Notes: generated by a model not told the origin, from the sequence alone. Positions 1 through 9,843 are shown, counted from the stretch's first letter. The stretch: DNA of 39,043 nt from a bacterium (GCA_046485285.1 JAWOHE010000095.1:1-39043), one strand, 5' to 3'. Numbers and translations are program-made.

Positions 1-1385
1 CGGCTGTCGGCTAACAGCTCACGGCCGACAAACAACACGCCGCGGGCGATGGTCGGGCCGGGGCGCGCCTGCCCGGCGTCGGCTACGTCTTCATTCACGC
101 CGAGGACTGGGTTCAGGCTGACTACGGTGAAGTCGAGGCCGGTGCCGAGACCTCCGCTGTAGCCCGCTGCGTAGACTCTGCCGTCCGCTCCATAGGCTAC
201 GGAATAGGCCGCATCATTAAAACTGCCCGGTCCGTCATAACGGTAGGTCCAGTTCGTATCCCCAGCAGTTCTCAAGCTGATCACGGTAAGATCGCCGTAA
301 GTGCCGTCGCCTATGCTGTACCCCCCGGCATAGATATTGCAGTCCTCACCACAAACTATGGAATGGGCAAAGTCCCCACCTATCCTCGTTGGACTGTACC
401 AATACACCCAATTGGTGTCACCAGAGGACATGAGGCTGATCACGGTAAAACCACGCCGTTCTGCGACACTATCATAAGTCGTTCCTGCGGCGTAGACATT
501 GCCGTCCGCACCATAGGCGATTGACGTGGCGTGGTCCTCTCTACCCCCCGGAGCATCATACAGGTAAACCCAGTTAGTGCTGCCGGCGGCTGTCAGGCTG
601 GCTACGACAAAGACACCCACAAGGGGCCAACTGTATCCAACTCCGGCAGCGTAGACGTTACCATCTCCGTAAACGAGGGAAGTGGCGGAGGACTGACCGA
701 GATACACCTCTCTTACCCAGTTAGTATCGCCAGCAGTCGTCAAGCTGACCACGCAAAACCATGACAAGGCCGGGAAGTAGTAGCCGATGCTGCCGGCGGC
801 ATAGATGTTACCATCATCACCAAAGACCAGAGGAAGAGCACTGCCTCGAAAACCCTCCCTAACATAACGGTATGTCCAGTTTGTATCACCTGTTTGCGTC
901 AGGCTGATTACGCCGAAGCAGCCGCCGCAGCTTCCTGCAGCATAGATGTTGCCGTCAGCGCCGTAGACCAAGGAGTTGGCCTCAGTGCTGGAGGTGCACC
1001 GGTATACCCAGTTGGTGCCGCCTGCCGGCGACAAGCTAATCACGGTGAAATCACTACCACTGGTTCCCGCAACGTAGATATTGCCGTCTGCGCCGTAGGC
1101 TATGGAATTGGCCCTGTCAATAGTAGTCGGTACATCATGCCGGTACACCCAGTTTGTGTCGCCAGCAGAAGTCAAGCTAACCACGGTAATGGCCTGATTC
1201 ACCCCCTCGCCGCAGACATATCCTGCGGCGTAAATGTTGCCGTCTGCGCCATAGTGAATGGAGGTGGCTACGTCGGAGGAACCCCCTGGCCCTGCGAGTC
1301 GGTATACCCAGTTCTCAGTCTGCGCTTGGAGCACTATGGGCAGGAGCACACCCAGTGCCATTCGCCATGCTCTGTGCGTCCTCAT
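1..1385 (-). CDS. Secreted beta-propeller repeat protein (SBBP-like, 8 repeats) with start of CTD; 3' end runs off the window
   Basis: Hand translation: AGGAGG RBS, then MRTHRAWRMALGVLLPIVLQAQTENWVYR. Eight repeats of type S(I/L)xYGxDGN(I/V)YAAG...FTV(I/V)SL..GDTNW. Ends ..GVNE..PTIARGVLF like neighbouring CTDs. Missing from the ORF track because its stop lies outside the window. Confidence 0.85.
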   Translation of the reverse strand, partial: MRTHRAWRMALGVLLPIVLQAQTENWVYRLAGPGGSSDVATSIHYGADGNIYAAGYVCGEGVNQAITVVSLTSAGDTNWVYRHDVPTTIDRANSIAYGADGNIYVAGTSGSDFTVISLSPAGGTNWVYRCTSSTEANSLVYGADGNIYAAGSCGGCFGVISLTQTGDTNWTYRYVREGFRGSALPLVFGDDGNIYAAGSIGYYFPALSWFCVVSLTTAGDTNWVREVYLGQSSATSLVYGDGNVYAAGVGYSWPLVGVFVVASLTAAGSTNWVYLYDAPGGREDHATSIAYGADGNVYAAGTTYDSVAERRGFTVISLMSSGDTNWVYWYSPTRIGGDFAHSIVCGEDCNIYAGGYSIGDGTYGDLTVISLRTAGDTNWTYRYDGPGSFNDAAYSVAYGADGRVYAAGYSGGLGTGLDFTVVSLNPVLGVNEDVADAGQARPGPTIARGVLFVGRELLADS

Positions 1386-1394
1386 TTCATCCTC

Positions 1395-2762
1395 CTATCT
1401 TGTCACGACGACCTTGCGGACAACTAACGGCTTACCGCTCACGGCTGACGGCTCGGAACGCAAGAAGTAGACGCCGGGGGCAAGCACCCGCACGTCATTC
1501 GGGCCGGGTTGAAGGTCCAAGACCTTCCGGCCGGAGATGTCGAGCATCTCGGCCCCGTATGCTGTATGCTGTCTGCTGTCTACTTGCAGTTGCAGCACGC
1601 CGCGCACGACTGACTGGGGCCGCCTGTAACTGGCGGCCTGCGACTCAGGACTCTCCTTCATCGCCGTCATGCTGTCGCGGATGACCGAGACCGTGCCATC
1701 GCTGTAGTTGGCGACATAGACCCGGTTCTGAACCGGATTGTGGCAGAGCGCCACCGGCTCGTCGCCGACGCCGATGGTACGCAGTACCTGGTTGCTCGCT
1801 CCATCAATCACGGTCACGTCGTCGCTTCCCAGGTTCGCGCAGTAGACCTTGTTGTTTGTCGGATTGTAGCAGAGGGCACGGGGTTCGCCTCCTGCGGCCA
1901 CGGTGGCGATGACCGTGTCCGCCGCACCGTCAGCTACGGTCACATCATCGCTACCGGAGTTCGCACAGTAGACCTTGTCATCGAGCGGGTCGAAGCAGAG
2001 GGCGGAAGGGCCCCTGCCTGCGGCTATGGTTGTGATGACAGAGTCTGTCGCACCGCCAATCACCGCCACGCTGTCGCCTTCGAAGATCGCGCAGTAGACC
2101 TTGTTGTTGACGTGGCTGTAACAGAGAGCTTGTTGAGAGAAGATCCGCAGGGCAACTGTGGCGCTGATCGTGTCTCCCAGACCGTCGATGACGGAAACGA
2201 CGTCGTCGTGTCCGCAGTAGACCTTGTTGTTCTGCGGGTTGTAGCAGAGGGTACCGGGAGCCCATCCTCCCACGTACGCAATGACCGTGTCCGCCGCCCC
2301 GTCGACTACCCACACACGGCAGCAGAACTTGTTGGAGCAGCAGGTAGTGTTGTCGAGGTGGTAGCCGGAGCAATAGACCTTGTTGTTGACGTGGTTGTAG
2401 CAGAGGGTCAACGCCTCGACCAGGGCCCCGCGAACGGTGGCGATGACCGTGTCCGCCGCCCCGTCGATCACTGTCACGCCCCCGCCCCCGGAGTTCGCGC
2501 AGTAGACCTTGTTGTTTGTCGGGTTGTAGCACAGGGCAGCGGGCCAGCGTCCGGTGGCTACGGTGGCGATGACCTGGTTGGTGGCGCCGTCAATCACGGT
2601 CACGTTGTCGCCGGCCGAGTTCGCGCAGTAGACCTTGTTCTCGCGCGAGTTGTAGCAGAGGGCCTGCGGGCCGCTGTCGACTTCGATAGTCGTCTCCAGC
2701 CACTGGGCGGAGACGGCTGATAGCAGGCAGCCGAGAACCAAGAGCACAGAACCGATTCTCAT
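1395..2762 (-). CDS. YncE/YVTN-type beta-propeller protein with signal peptide and CTD
   Basis: Repeated LCYNPxNNKVYCAN...VTVIDG; signal peptide ending VSA-QW; C-terminus LDISGRKV..PGVYFLR..KVVVTR. Confidence 0.9.
   Translation of the reverse strand: MRIGSVLLVLGCLLSAVSAQWLETTIEVDSGPQALCYNSRENKVYCANSAGDNVTVIDGATNQVIATVATGRWPAALCYNPTNNKVYCANSGGGGVTVIDGAADTVIATVRGALVEALTLCYNHVNNKVYCSGYHLDNTTCCSNKFCCRVWVVDGAADTVIAYVGGWAPGTLCYNPQNNKVYCGHDDVVSVIDGLGDTISATVALRIFSQQALCYSHVNNKVYCAIFEGDSVAVIGGATDSVITTIAAGRGPSALCFDPLDDKVYCANSGSDDVTVADGAADTVIATVAAGGEPRALCYNPTNNKVYCANLGSDDVTVIDGASNQVLRTIGVGDEPVALCHNPVQNRVYVANYSDGTVSVIRDSMTAMKESPESQAASYRRPQSVVRGVLQLQVDSRQHTAYGAEMLDISGRKVLDLQPGPNDVRVLAPGVYFLRSEPSAVSGKPLVVRKVVVTR
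1424..1451. repeat. Degenerate heptamer tract (CTNACGG x4) in CTD coding sequence
   Basis: ctaacgg cttaccg ctcacgg ctgacgg. Confidence 0.65.
1556..1583. repeat. Degenerate heptamer tract (TGTMTGC x4) in CTD coding sequence
   Basis: cgtatgc tgtatgc tgtctgc tgtctac, encoding VDSRQHTAY. Confidence 0.7.
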
Positions 2763-2771
2763 CTCATCCTC

Positions 2772-4595
2772 CTATTCTGTCAGAATGACCTTGCGGACGG
2801 CTGACGGCTCCGGGCCGACAGCCCGGACGAAGTAGACCCCGGGCGCGAGGCTGCGGATGTCGTTATCGCCCGGCGCGAGCTCCCTCACCTTCCGGCCGGT
2901 GGCGTCGAGCAGCAGGCTTTGCCCCCTCACCTCCTGCCCCTCTCCCGGTGGGAGAGGGAAGGGCGAGGGCCGCAGGTACAGCACTCCGCGCACGATGGTC
3001 GGCAGGCGGTTCATCGTTAGTCGCTCATCGTTCATCGTTTCTTCGACTCCTCCGCCCGCGTTGATCCAGGCAATCGCGGCCTCAACGACCGCGTCCCGTC
3101 CGCTCGCCACGGCTTCACGCGTGTGCCAGACGTGCGTGTCCGGCTCGAACGCGACGTGCGTCAGGTAGCCGGCAGAGTCGTTGTACCGCCGCAGATCCTG
3201 GTAGGCATATTGGCCCTGGAAGTCGTTGTGGATGTAGAGGCCTGAGAAACTGCCTATGAACGCGCCGTTGGACGGCTTGCCGAACGTCCGTGTGTTCCCG
3301 GGGCGCAACGCGGTCCGGTACGTCTCCCAGTCGCCCATGCTCCAGGCGCCCGGGCCGGTCAGCACGGCAAGGGGTTTGGAGTAACCCGTGTCCTTGCCGG
3401 CGATCGCGTAGTGTGACGGAGGCCTGACGACCCGCATCGCGAAGCGGTTGACCGGGTCGCTGCGCGTGCAGCCGCAGAACGAGAACGTCGATTCGCTGCT
3501 GAAGAGAAAACGGTATCCACCCATCGCCGTGTTGTCGTCCTGTCCACCTTCGTTGTAGCGGTAGTCGATGATGATACCCTTGAGCGAGGAGGCGGCGGTC
3601 AGGGTGCTGCAGGCCTGACGGAACTTGCTGGCCGCGTCCCACACCCAGGCCCAGACATAGATGTAGCCGATGCTGTCCCCTTCGATGATGCCCCAGCTTA
3701 CCGCTATCATCGAGTCGAGATCGGGCTTGGGGACTCCCGGGACGTCGAGTTCCTCGCAGCAGACGAGGTCAGGCTCGTAGCCGACCATCAGCGACGTTGG
3801 CAGATGCACCGTGTCACCGCTTGCGTACCTGACGATGTCGACGGTGTCGAACAGGTGCCAGTTCTGGCCGGCGCTGACGAGTAACGTGTGAGCCAGGGAC
3901 CGGTCCTCGGCCGCCCAACGGAAGCGCCGGCCTATCGGCAGTTGGGCTTCCAGCAACTCGCGGCAGCATTCGGTCCAGGGCCTGCGGTCGTACCCGAGAA
4001 TGACGTCGCCAGGGACGATGCCCAGCGGATGGTTGTCGTCCACTTCGTAGACCAGTAGCGAGCTGTCCTCAAGCGGAGTCAGACCGGCACCGAAATGGGT
4101 GTCCCAGCGCCAGCCTGCGATGACAAAGACCGGTACGCCGGGCAGCAACTCGGTCTGCTCGCACACGAGCCTGTCGTCCAGGTAGGTGTGCGGCTCCCGC
4201 AAGGCCATTGCCGATTGGCCCATCATCGCGGCGAACCTGCCCCGGCTCACAGTATCCTCGACCTCCGCGCGAAAGGCGGCATACAGCGAGTCCCACCGCG
4301 CCGGGTCGAGGTTGTTGAAACAGGCGTACAGCCGGTCCATCTTGAACTTGAACGAGTCCATTACCGCGAGCTTGGTCTCGGTCGGCAGCCCCTCGCCCCA
4401 GACCGAGTCAATGGCCCGTCGCCAATCGGCCTTCGAGTAGTGGCCCGGTCGCTTTCGCACATCCGGCCGGAAGACCGGTGGCGTCGGCCGCGTGGTGGGG
4501 TCGTCTGGCTGGCGCTGGAGCGACAGCGCACCCGGCGATGCTCCTGTCGGCACGCCAACTGCCAACAGGGTCAGCAGAAGACACAGTCTTCTCAT
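2772..4595 (-). CDS. S41 family peptidase (PDZ-like segment) with signal peptide and CTD
   Basis: IGYIYV, IIIDYRYNEGG, VLTGPGAWSMGD, FGKPSNG motifs; CTD at the end. Confidence 0.85.
   Translation of the reverse strand: MRRLCLLLTLLAVGVPTGASPGALSLQRQPDDPTTRPTPPVFRPDVRKRPGHYSKADWRRAIDSVWGEGLPTETKLAVMDSFKFKMDRLYACFNNLDPARWDSLYAAFRAEVEDTVSRGRFAAMMGQSAMALREPHTYLDDRLVCEQTELLPGVPVFVIAGWRWDTHFGAGLTPLEDSSLLVYEVDDNHPLGIVPGDVILGYDRRPWTECCRELLEAQLPIGRRFRWAAEDRSLAHTLLVSAGQNWHLFDTVDIVRYASGDTVHLPTSLMVGYEPDLVCCEELDVPGVPKPDLDSMIAVSWGIIEGDSIGYIYVWAWVWDAASKFRQACSTLTAASSLKGIIIDYRYNEGGQDDNTAMGGYRFLFSSESTFSFCGCTRSDPVNRFAMRVVRPPSHYAIAGKDTGYSKPLAVLTGPGAWSMGDWETYRTALRPGNTRTFGKPSNGAFIGSFSGLYIHNDFQGQYAYQDLRRYNDSAGYLTHVAFEPDTHVWHTREAVASGRDAVVEAAIAWINAGGGVEETMNDERLTMNRLPTIVRGVLYLRPSPFPLPPGEGQEVRGQSLLLDATGRKVRELAPGDNDIRSLAPGVYFVRAVGPEPSAVRKVILTE
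2924..2969. repeat. REP-like hairpin (CCCTCTCCC-ggt-GGGAGAGGG core) in frame in the S41 CTD
   Basis: Perfect 9-bp stem 2938-2946/2950-2958 plus imperfect outer arms; encodes PSPFPLPPGEGQEVRG. Confidence 0.75.
3012..3039. repeat. Heptamer tract (CATCGTT) in the S41 pre-CTD linker
   Basis: catcgtt agtcgct catcgtt catcgtt. Confidence 0.7.
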
Positions 4596-4604
4596 CTCAA
4601 CCTC

Positions 4605-6023
4605 CTATCTCGTCACGACAACCTTGGTGACGGAGAACGCTGAATGCTCTCTGAGGAAGTAAACCCCCGGCGCGAGGTGCCGGATTTCGTTCGGGCCGGG
4701 CACCAGGTTCGCGACCTTGCGGCCCGAGATGTCGAGCAGGATGGCCCCAACAGGGCCCCGCAGCTCCAGGACCCCGCGTACTAGGGAGCGGTTCCGGGCT
4801 CCCGGAACCGGCACCCGAGCTTCGGACACGGCCGACGCCGACCGGGCGAACTCGTGCAGCGCGGGCACGACAATCCCGAATACCGCGGGGGCCACCTGCG
4901 GCCAGTGGCCGTTGGTGAAGACGATGAAGCCGGTGCGAAGCTCACGGCAGAAGCCCATACACGTGCAAATCCCGTCCCACGTCCCGCTGTGGTACCAGAT
5001 CGAGTCACCCACGAGTTCGGTGGTGAACCAGCAGAACCCGGCATTCGGCGGGAACTGCGTAGACGTCATCAGGGCCACGGTGGCGCTGTCCAGGATGCGG
5101 ACCGTGTCGTAGGCACCGTCCCGGACGTACGCGGTGAGGAACCGAACGAAGTCACGCGTGCAGGACTTGAGGCCCGCGGCCGGGAGTATCGTGCTGCTGT
5201 TGTACCCGATTCTCACATACTCGTCGCCGTTCCAGTAGTACTGGCACGCCACGCTCATCGTGTCGAGGTCGCCGAAGAACCACGTGGTCCGGTCCATTCC
5301 CAAGGGCCGGAAGATGTGGTCGCGGGTGTACAGCGGGAAGCTGTCCGCCATCGCCTCGACCACGTACCCCAGGAGCGTGATGCCGATGTTCGAGTACTCA
5401 AACTGCCGTCCCGGGGCCCAGCGGCAGAAGTTGAAGATGCTGTCGTAGTAGGCACCACCGGGCACGAGGTAGCCCTCCGTGAAGTCGCGCAGCGAAACGG
5501 TGGGGTCGCCCGGCAGGTGCAGGCTGTCGATGACCCGGAAGTTGTCGCGGAGCGCTGAAGTGTGCGTCATCAGCATTCGGTAGTCGATGAGGGAGTCCGG
5601 GAAGTGCGAATGCCGGACCATGAACGGCAGCGACTCGTTGACGTCGCCGCCCAGGTCGAAGTACCCGTCCTCCCAGAGTTGCATCGCGGCCGTGCCGGCA
5701 ACCGTCTTGGAAATCGATGCGAGTGAGAAACAGCTCGTGTCCGTGACCGGGATGCTCTCCTCGAGGACGGCGTAGCCGTAGCAGCGGCTCCAGAGGATGC
5801 TGTCGCCGCGGATGGCCATCGTCGCCATGCCCGGTATCGGGTAGCTGTCCATGGCGAACGTCAGCACCGAGTCGAGCCACGCGGTATCGCCCGGGGGACA
5901 CGCCGGGCCGGGCGCACGCCAACCGGGGGCGAATGACTCGTTCGGTACCCCCGGGCCGTACCGGATCTCCCCGCCTTCTGCGGCGGCGAGAACAGCCGCC
6001 AGGACGATGACCAGGGTTCTCAT
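4605..6023 (-). CDS. Serine hydrolase (beta-lactamase class C/AmpC-like fold) with signal peptide and CTD
   Basis: SxxK (ASISKT), LMTHTS, YSN and HSG motifs. Confidence 0.9.
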   Translation of the reverse strand: MRTLVIVLAAVLAAAEGGEIRYGPGVPNESFAPGWRAPGPACPPGDTAWLDSVLTFAMDSYPIPGMATMAIRGDSILWSRCYGYAVLEESIPVTDTSCFSLASISKTVAGTAAMQLWEDGYFDLGGDVNESLPFMVRHSHFPDSLIDYRMLMTHTSALRDNFRVIDSLHLPGDPTVSLRDFTEGYLVPGGAYYDSIFNFCRWAPGRQFEYSNIGITLLGYVVEAMADSFPLYTRDHIFRPLGMDRTTWFFGDLDTMSVACQYYWNGDEYVRIGYNSSTILPAAGLKSCTRDFVRFLTAYVRDGAYDTVRILDSATVALMTSTQFPPNAGFCWFTTELVGDSIWYHSGTWDGICTCMGFCRELRTGFIVFTNGHWPQVAPAVFGIVVPALHEFARSASAVSEARVPVPGARNRSLVRGVLELRGPVGAILLDISGRKVANLVPGPNEIRHLAPGVYFLREHSAFSVTKVVVTR

Positions 6024-6031
6024 GGCCCCTC

Positions 6032-7423
6032 CTATCTCGCCACGACCACTTTGGTCGAGGTTCTTAGTTCCTGGTTCGTGGTTCTTGGTTCGGCCACGAA
6101 GTACACCCCCGGGCTCAGGTGCCGGACGTCGTTGGTGCCGGGGCGCAGGTCCGCGACCTTACGGCCCGAGATGTCGAGCAGGACGGCATCCGCAGAACCT
6201 CGCAGGTTGATGGTCCCGCTCACGAACGTCCCGCACAGCAGCCACTCCACGGTCGGGCCGGGCGCCTCGGCGATGCCGTCCGGTATGAACCCGTGGAGTG
6301 CAGGAATGACCACGTCGTGGAACAGGGTCTGGCAGTACTCGCGGTTGGCGAGCGCGACGACCGCGCCGTTGAGCCGCCGGGAGAGCGCGAAGTAGGTGGT
6401 GATGCCCTTCTCGTCGCCGTCGTGGCACCAGACCGTGTCCCCGTTGACGCAGTCCTGGTACCAGGCGAATCCGAAGTGCGTCTGCCACGGGACCGACCAA
6501 ACGTGCGGCGTCTGCATCATCGCCACGGTCGCGCTGTCCAGCAGCCGCGCTGTGTCGTGCCGGCCCCAGGCCAGCCACGCCTTCAGGTACTCGGCGAGGT
6601 CGCGCGTGCAGGACTTGAGGAACGCGGCCGGGTAGAAGGAGCCGCCCACGTAGCCGAGACGTCGCCAGCGCGAGGTGTCCCACCCGTACTGGCAGGCGCA
6701 GGTCATCGTGTCGAGGTCGGCGAAGAACCAAGTGGTCCGATCCATCCCTAGCGGGCGGAAGATGTGCTCGCGGGTGTAGACCGGGAAGCTGTCGGCCATC
6801 GCCTCGACGGTGAAGCCGAGCAGGGCGTAGGCGATGTTGCAGTACAGCCAGCCGCCCCCGGGCGGCCGGAACTGGTAGAAGTTGCGCGCGCTGTCGTACC
6901 CGGGCCGGCCGGGCGTGAGGTAGTTCTCCAGGAGCGTGCGCAGCGACGAGTCCGGGTCGCCCTGGCTGTAGTAGTTGTTGAGGGTTATCCAGTTGTCCTG
7001 GATTGCCGAGGTGTGGGTCATCAGCATCCGCGGCGTGATGGCCGAGTCCGGGTACCGCGAGTGGTGGACGGCGAACGGCAGGGACTCGTTGACGTCGCCG
7101 TCGAGGTCGAAGTAGCCGTCCTCCCAGAGCTGCATCGCCGCCGTCGCCGTGAAGGTCTTGGACAGCGAGGCGAGCGTGAAGCAGGTGGTGTCGGTCACCG
7201 GCGTGCTGTCCTCGAGAATCGCGTAGCCGTAACACCGGTCCCAGATGACCTCGCCGTCCTTGATGACGAGGGTAGCCAGCCCGGGCATTGGGGCGTTGCG
7301 CCGGGCGGCGTCGAGCAGCGAGTCGAGCCAGACGCTGTCGCCGGGCGGGCAGTGGATGGCCCGTGAGCCGCCCCCGACGGCGCAGGTCAAAGCGAGCGCC
7401 AGGAAGAAGATATGTTTGCCCAT
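6032..7423 (-). CDS. Serine hydrolase (beta-lactamase-like), paralog of 4605..6023, with CTD
   Basis: ASLSKT, LMTHTS, YCN, HDG; long shared blocks with neighbour (AAMQLWEDGYFDL, HIFRPLGMDRTTWFF). Confidence 0.9.
   Translation of the reverse strand: MGKHIFFLALALTCAVGGGSRAIHCPPGDSVWLDSLLDAARRNAPMPGLATLVIKDGEVIWDRCYGYAILEDSTPVTDTTCFTLASLSKTFTATAAMQLWEDGYFDLDGDVNESLPFAVHHSRYPDSAITPRMLMTHTSAIQDNWITLNNYYSQGDPDSSLRTLLENYLTPGRPGYDSARNFYQFRPPGGGWLYCNIAYALLGFTVEAMADSFPVYTREHIFRPLGMDRTTWFFADLDTMTCACQYGWDTSRWRRLGYVGGSFYPAAFLKSCTRDLAEYLKAWLAWGRHDTARLLDSATVAMMQTPHVWSVPWQTHFGFAWYQDCVNGDTVWCHDGDEKGITTYFALSRRLNGAVVALANREYCQTLFHDVVIPALHGFIPDGIAEAPGPTVEWLLCGTFVSGTINLRGSADAVLLDISGRKVADLRPGTNDVRHLSPGVYFVAEPRTTNQELRTSTKVVVAR
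6057..6091. repeat. Heptamer tract (NNGGTTC x5) in CTD coding sequence
   Basis: gaggttc ttagttc ctggttc gtggttc ttggttc, encoding EPRTTNQELRT. Confidence 0.75.
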
Positions 7424-7431
7424 TGTCCCTC

Positions 7432-9843
7432 CTATCTCGTCACGACTACCTTCTGACAGCTTTCGGCCGACGGCCCACGCCCGACAGCCCGGACGAAGTA
7501 GACCCCGGGCGCGAGGCTGCGGATGTCGTTATCGCCCGGCGCGAGCTCCATCACCCGCCGGCCGGTGTGGTCGAAGAGTGAAGAGTGAATGGTGAAGGGT
7601 GAAACAGGAAGCCGTAGACTCCCGCGCACGATTGTCGGCTCGGCGCGCGGCACTCGACGTCCATTCGGCGTTTCCTCGACCCCCCCCGGCATGCTATCGC
7701 GGATGACCGAGACCGTACCGCTGCCCGAGTTGGCAACATACACGCGGTTCTGCACAGGGCTACTGCAGAACGCTGCCGGCCGCCTGCCCACGCTGATCGT
7801 GCAGACAATGGAGTCGGTCGCGCCATCAATCACCGTTATCGTCGAGTCGTGGTCCGGGTCCGAGCCCGGGTGCGCGCAGTACAGCTTGTTGGCCACAGGG
7901 TCGTGATAGAAGGAACCGGCCGGGCGGGAAAGGGGCACAGTCGCCATCACGGAATCCCCCCAGACATCTATCACCACGATACCGCCACCCCCCGCGCAGT
8001 AGACCTTGTTGTCGACAGGATTGTAGCAGACCACCGAACCATAGACGGGTATGCGTGCAATCACCGTGTCCGCGTCGCCGTCAATCACCGAAACGCACGA
8101 GTCGCGAATGCCGGGGCTGAGATACAGCTTGTTTGACCAATCGCTGTAGCACATCCCGCCGCCGCCGCCCCCAAGCCTCGCGATGACCGTGTCGGTCGAG
8201 CAGTCGATGACGGTGAGCACGCTGGTCCAGTAGAAGCTGCCCCGGCAGTACATCTTGTCCATCCACGAGTTGTAGCACAGTTCCCGCGGCCAGAAGGCCC
8301 CCACCTGAGCCACGACAGTGTCGGCTGCGCCATCGATGACCGTCACGCTGCTCGAGTACTCGTTCGCGCTGTAGACCTTGTTCCTCAGCGGGTTGTAGCA
8401 GAGCGCCCCGGCCCCGGGCCCGACGCCAACGGTTGTGATGACCGTGTCGGCAACACCGTCGATGACCGTGATGAAGCTGTCCGGCGCGGACGTGCAGTAC
8501 AACTTGTTGTTCAGTGAGTTGAAGCAAAGGGCAGTCGGGCAATGTCCGAGGCGCACCTTGCCCGCTATCGAGTTGCTGGCCGCGTCAATGACGGTGACGT
8601 CGCGATTCCAGGAGTAGGCGCAGTACACCTTGTCGCCGGCAGGGTTGTAGCAGAGCACCTGGGGCTCGGAGCCGACGCGTACGTACTCGACCATCTCGTT
8701 GGTCGCGCAGTCGACCACCGCGACCTCGCCGGTGAGGGGGCAGGCGCAGTATACTCTGTTGCCAGATGGGTCGTAGCAGATGGCGTTCGGTCTGTCGCCC
8801 ACGGTCACTGTGGCGATGACGGTGTTTGTCAGACCGTCGATCACCGAAACCGTGCTGTCGGGAAGGCTGTCGATTGCACCGTTGTTCGCGCAGTAGATGC
8901 GGTTATCCCGGGGATTGTAGCAGAGAGCCCCGGGTCCGTTGCCCACCGAGATGGTGGCGACGACCGAATCGGCCGCACCGTCGATGACCGCCACGTCGTT
9001 GCTGAGGGAGTTGGCGCAATACACTCTGTTGTCGGTCGGGTTGTAGCAGAGAGCCCGGGGGCCGATGCCGACCGGAACTGTCGCGACAACCTGGTCGGTT
9101 GCGCCGTCGATGATGGTCACGGTCGAATCCGCATTGTGTGGGTACGCCCCGCCGTTGGCGCAGTAGAGCTTGTTGTCCTCGGGATTGTAGCATAAGACTC
9201 CCGGCCAGCGACCGACCCAGACCGTCGCGACCGTCCTGTTCGACGAGCAGGCGATGACCGATATCGTACGGGTCCCCAGATGGGTGGAGTACACTTTGCG
9301 GTCATGGGAGTTGTAGCAGAGCGAGAGCGGCAAGGGATCAACACCCACGGCAGTCAGGACCGAATCGCCTGATCCATCGATGACGGTCACGGTGTTGCCG
9401 GGGTTGCCTCCGTGGCCGTAGTCGGCGCAATACACCTGGTTCCCGACCGGGTCGTAGCACAGGGAGTACGGTGGTCTCCGCACGGGGACGGTGGCCAGCA
9501 GGTGGTTGGTGGCACCGTCTACCACGACGACGCACGATTCGCGGTCCGTACCGTTACCCGGAATTGCGCAGTACACCTTGTTGTTCTGCGGATTGTAGCA
9601 GAACGCCGAGACCTCACCGCCGGTCGGGATGCGGGCGATCTTCTGGTTGGTGGAGCAGTCGATGGCTATCGCGTACTCCCCCTCCTCCCCGCCGACGTAG
9701 ACGGCGTTGTTGCCGGCGCGGAACAGCGCCTGTGGCCCGTTCAACCCGCACAGGGAGTCCGGTACGTAGATTGTCTTCTCCAGCCACTGGGCAGACGCCG
9801 CGCTCACCAGCACGGCGAGCATTACGAATACGGTCCTTCTCAT
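7432..9843 (-). CDS. Long YncE/YVTN repeat beta-propeller protein with signal peptide and CTD
   Basis: Many LCYNP..NKVYCA repeats. Start moved from 9888 to ATG 9843, which follows GGAAGGAGG and begins a signal peptide (MRRTVFVMLAVLVSAASA-QW). Confidence 0.9.
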   Translation of the reverse strand: MRRTVFVMLAVLVSAASAQWLEKTIYVPDSLCGLNGPQALFRAGNNAVYVGGEEGEYAIAIDCSTNQKIARIPTGGEVSAFCYNPQNNKVYCAIPGNGTDRESCVVVVDGATNHLLATVPVRRPPYSLCYDPVGNQVYCADYGHGGNPGNTVTVIDGSGDSVLTAVGVDPLPLSLCYNSHDRKVYSTHLGTRTISVIACSSNRTVATVWVGRWPGVLCYNPEDNKLYCANGGAYPHNADSTVTIIDGATDQVVATVPVGIGPRALCYNPTDNRVYCANSLSNDVAVIDGAADSVVATISVGNGPGALCYNPRDNRIYCANNGAIDSLPDSTVSVIDGLTNTVIATVTVGDRPNAICYDPSGNRVYCACPLTGEVAVVDCATNEMVEYVRVGSEPQVLCYNPAGDKVYCAYSWNRDVTVIDAASNSIAGKVRLGHCPTALCFNSLNNKLYCTSAPDSFITVIDGVADTVITTVGVGPGAGALCYNPLRNKVYSANEYSSSVTVIDGAADTVVAQVGAFWPRELCYNSWMDKMYCRGSFYWTSVLTVIDCSTDTVIARLGGGGGGMCYSDWSNKLYLSPGIRDSCVSVIDGDADTVIARIPVYGSVVCYNPVDNKVYCAGGGGIVVIDVWGDSVMATVPLSRPAGSFYHDPVANKLYCAHPGSDPDHDSTITVIDGATDSIVCTISVGRRPAAFCSSPVQNRVYVANSGSGTVSVIRDSMPGGVEETPNGRRVPRAEPTIVRGSLRLPVSPFTIHSSLFDHTGRRVMELAPGDNDIRSLAPGVYFVRAVGRGPSAESCQKVVVTR
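7570..7604. repeat. Heptamer tract (RGTGAAN x5) in CTD coding sequence
   Basis: gtcgaag agtgaag agtgaat ggtgaag ggtgaaa. Confidence 0.7.

Noticed and set aside
531-1427. Plus-strand ORFs 531..764 and 894..1427
   Set aside because: Antisense to the repeat protein at 1..1385 (-).
4605-7423. Calling the two serine hydrolases antibiotic-resistance beta-lactamases
   Set aside because: SxxK/YxN/HxG motifs are shared by many esterases and peptidases of this fold; substrate cannot be inferred.
1740-9620. Recurring gcagtagaccttgtt/ttgtagcagag motifs at ~130-bp spacing, superficially CRISPR-like
   Set aside because: They encode propeller blade repeats (LCYN..NKVYC); degenerate, in frame, and no cas genes.
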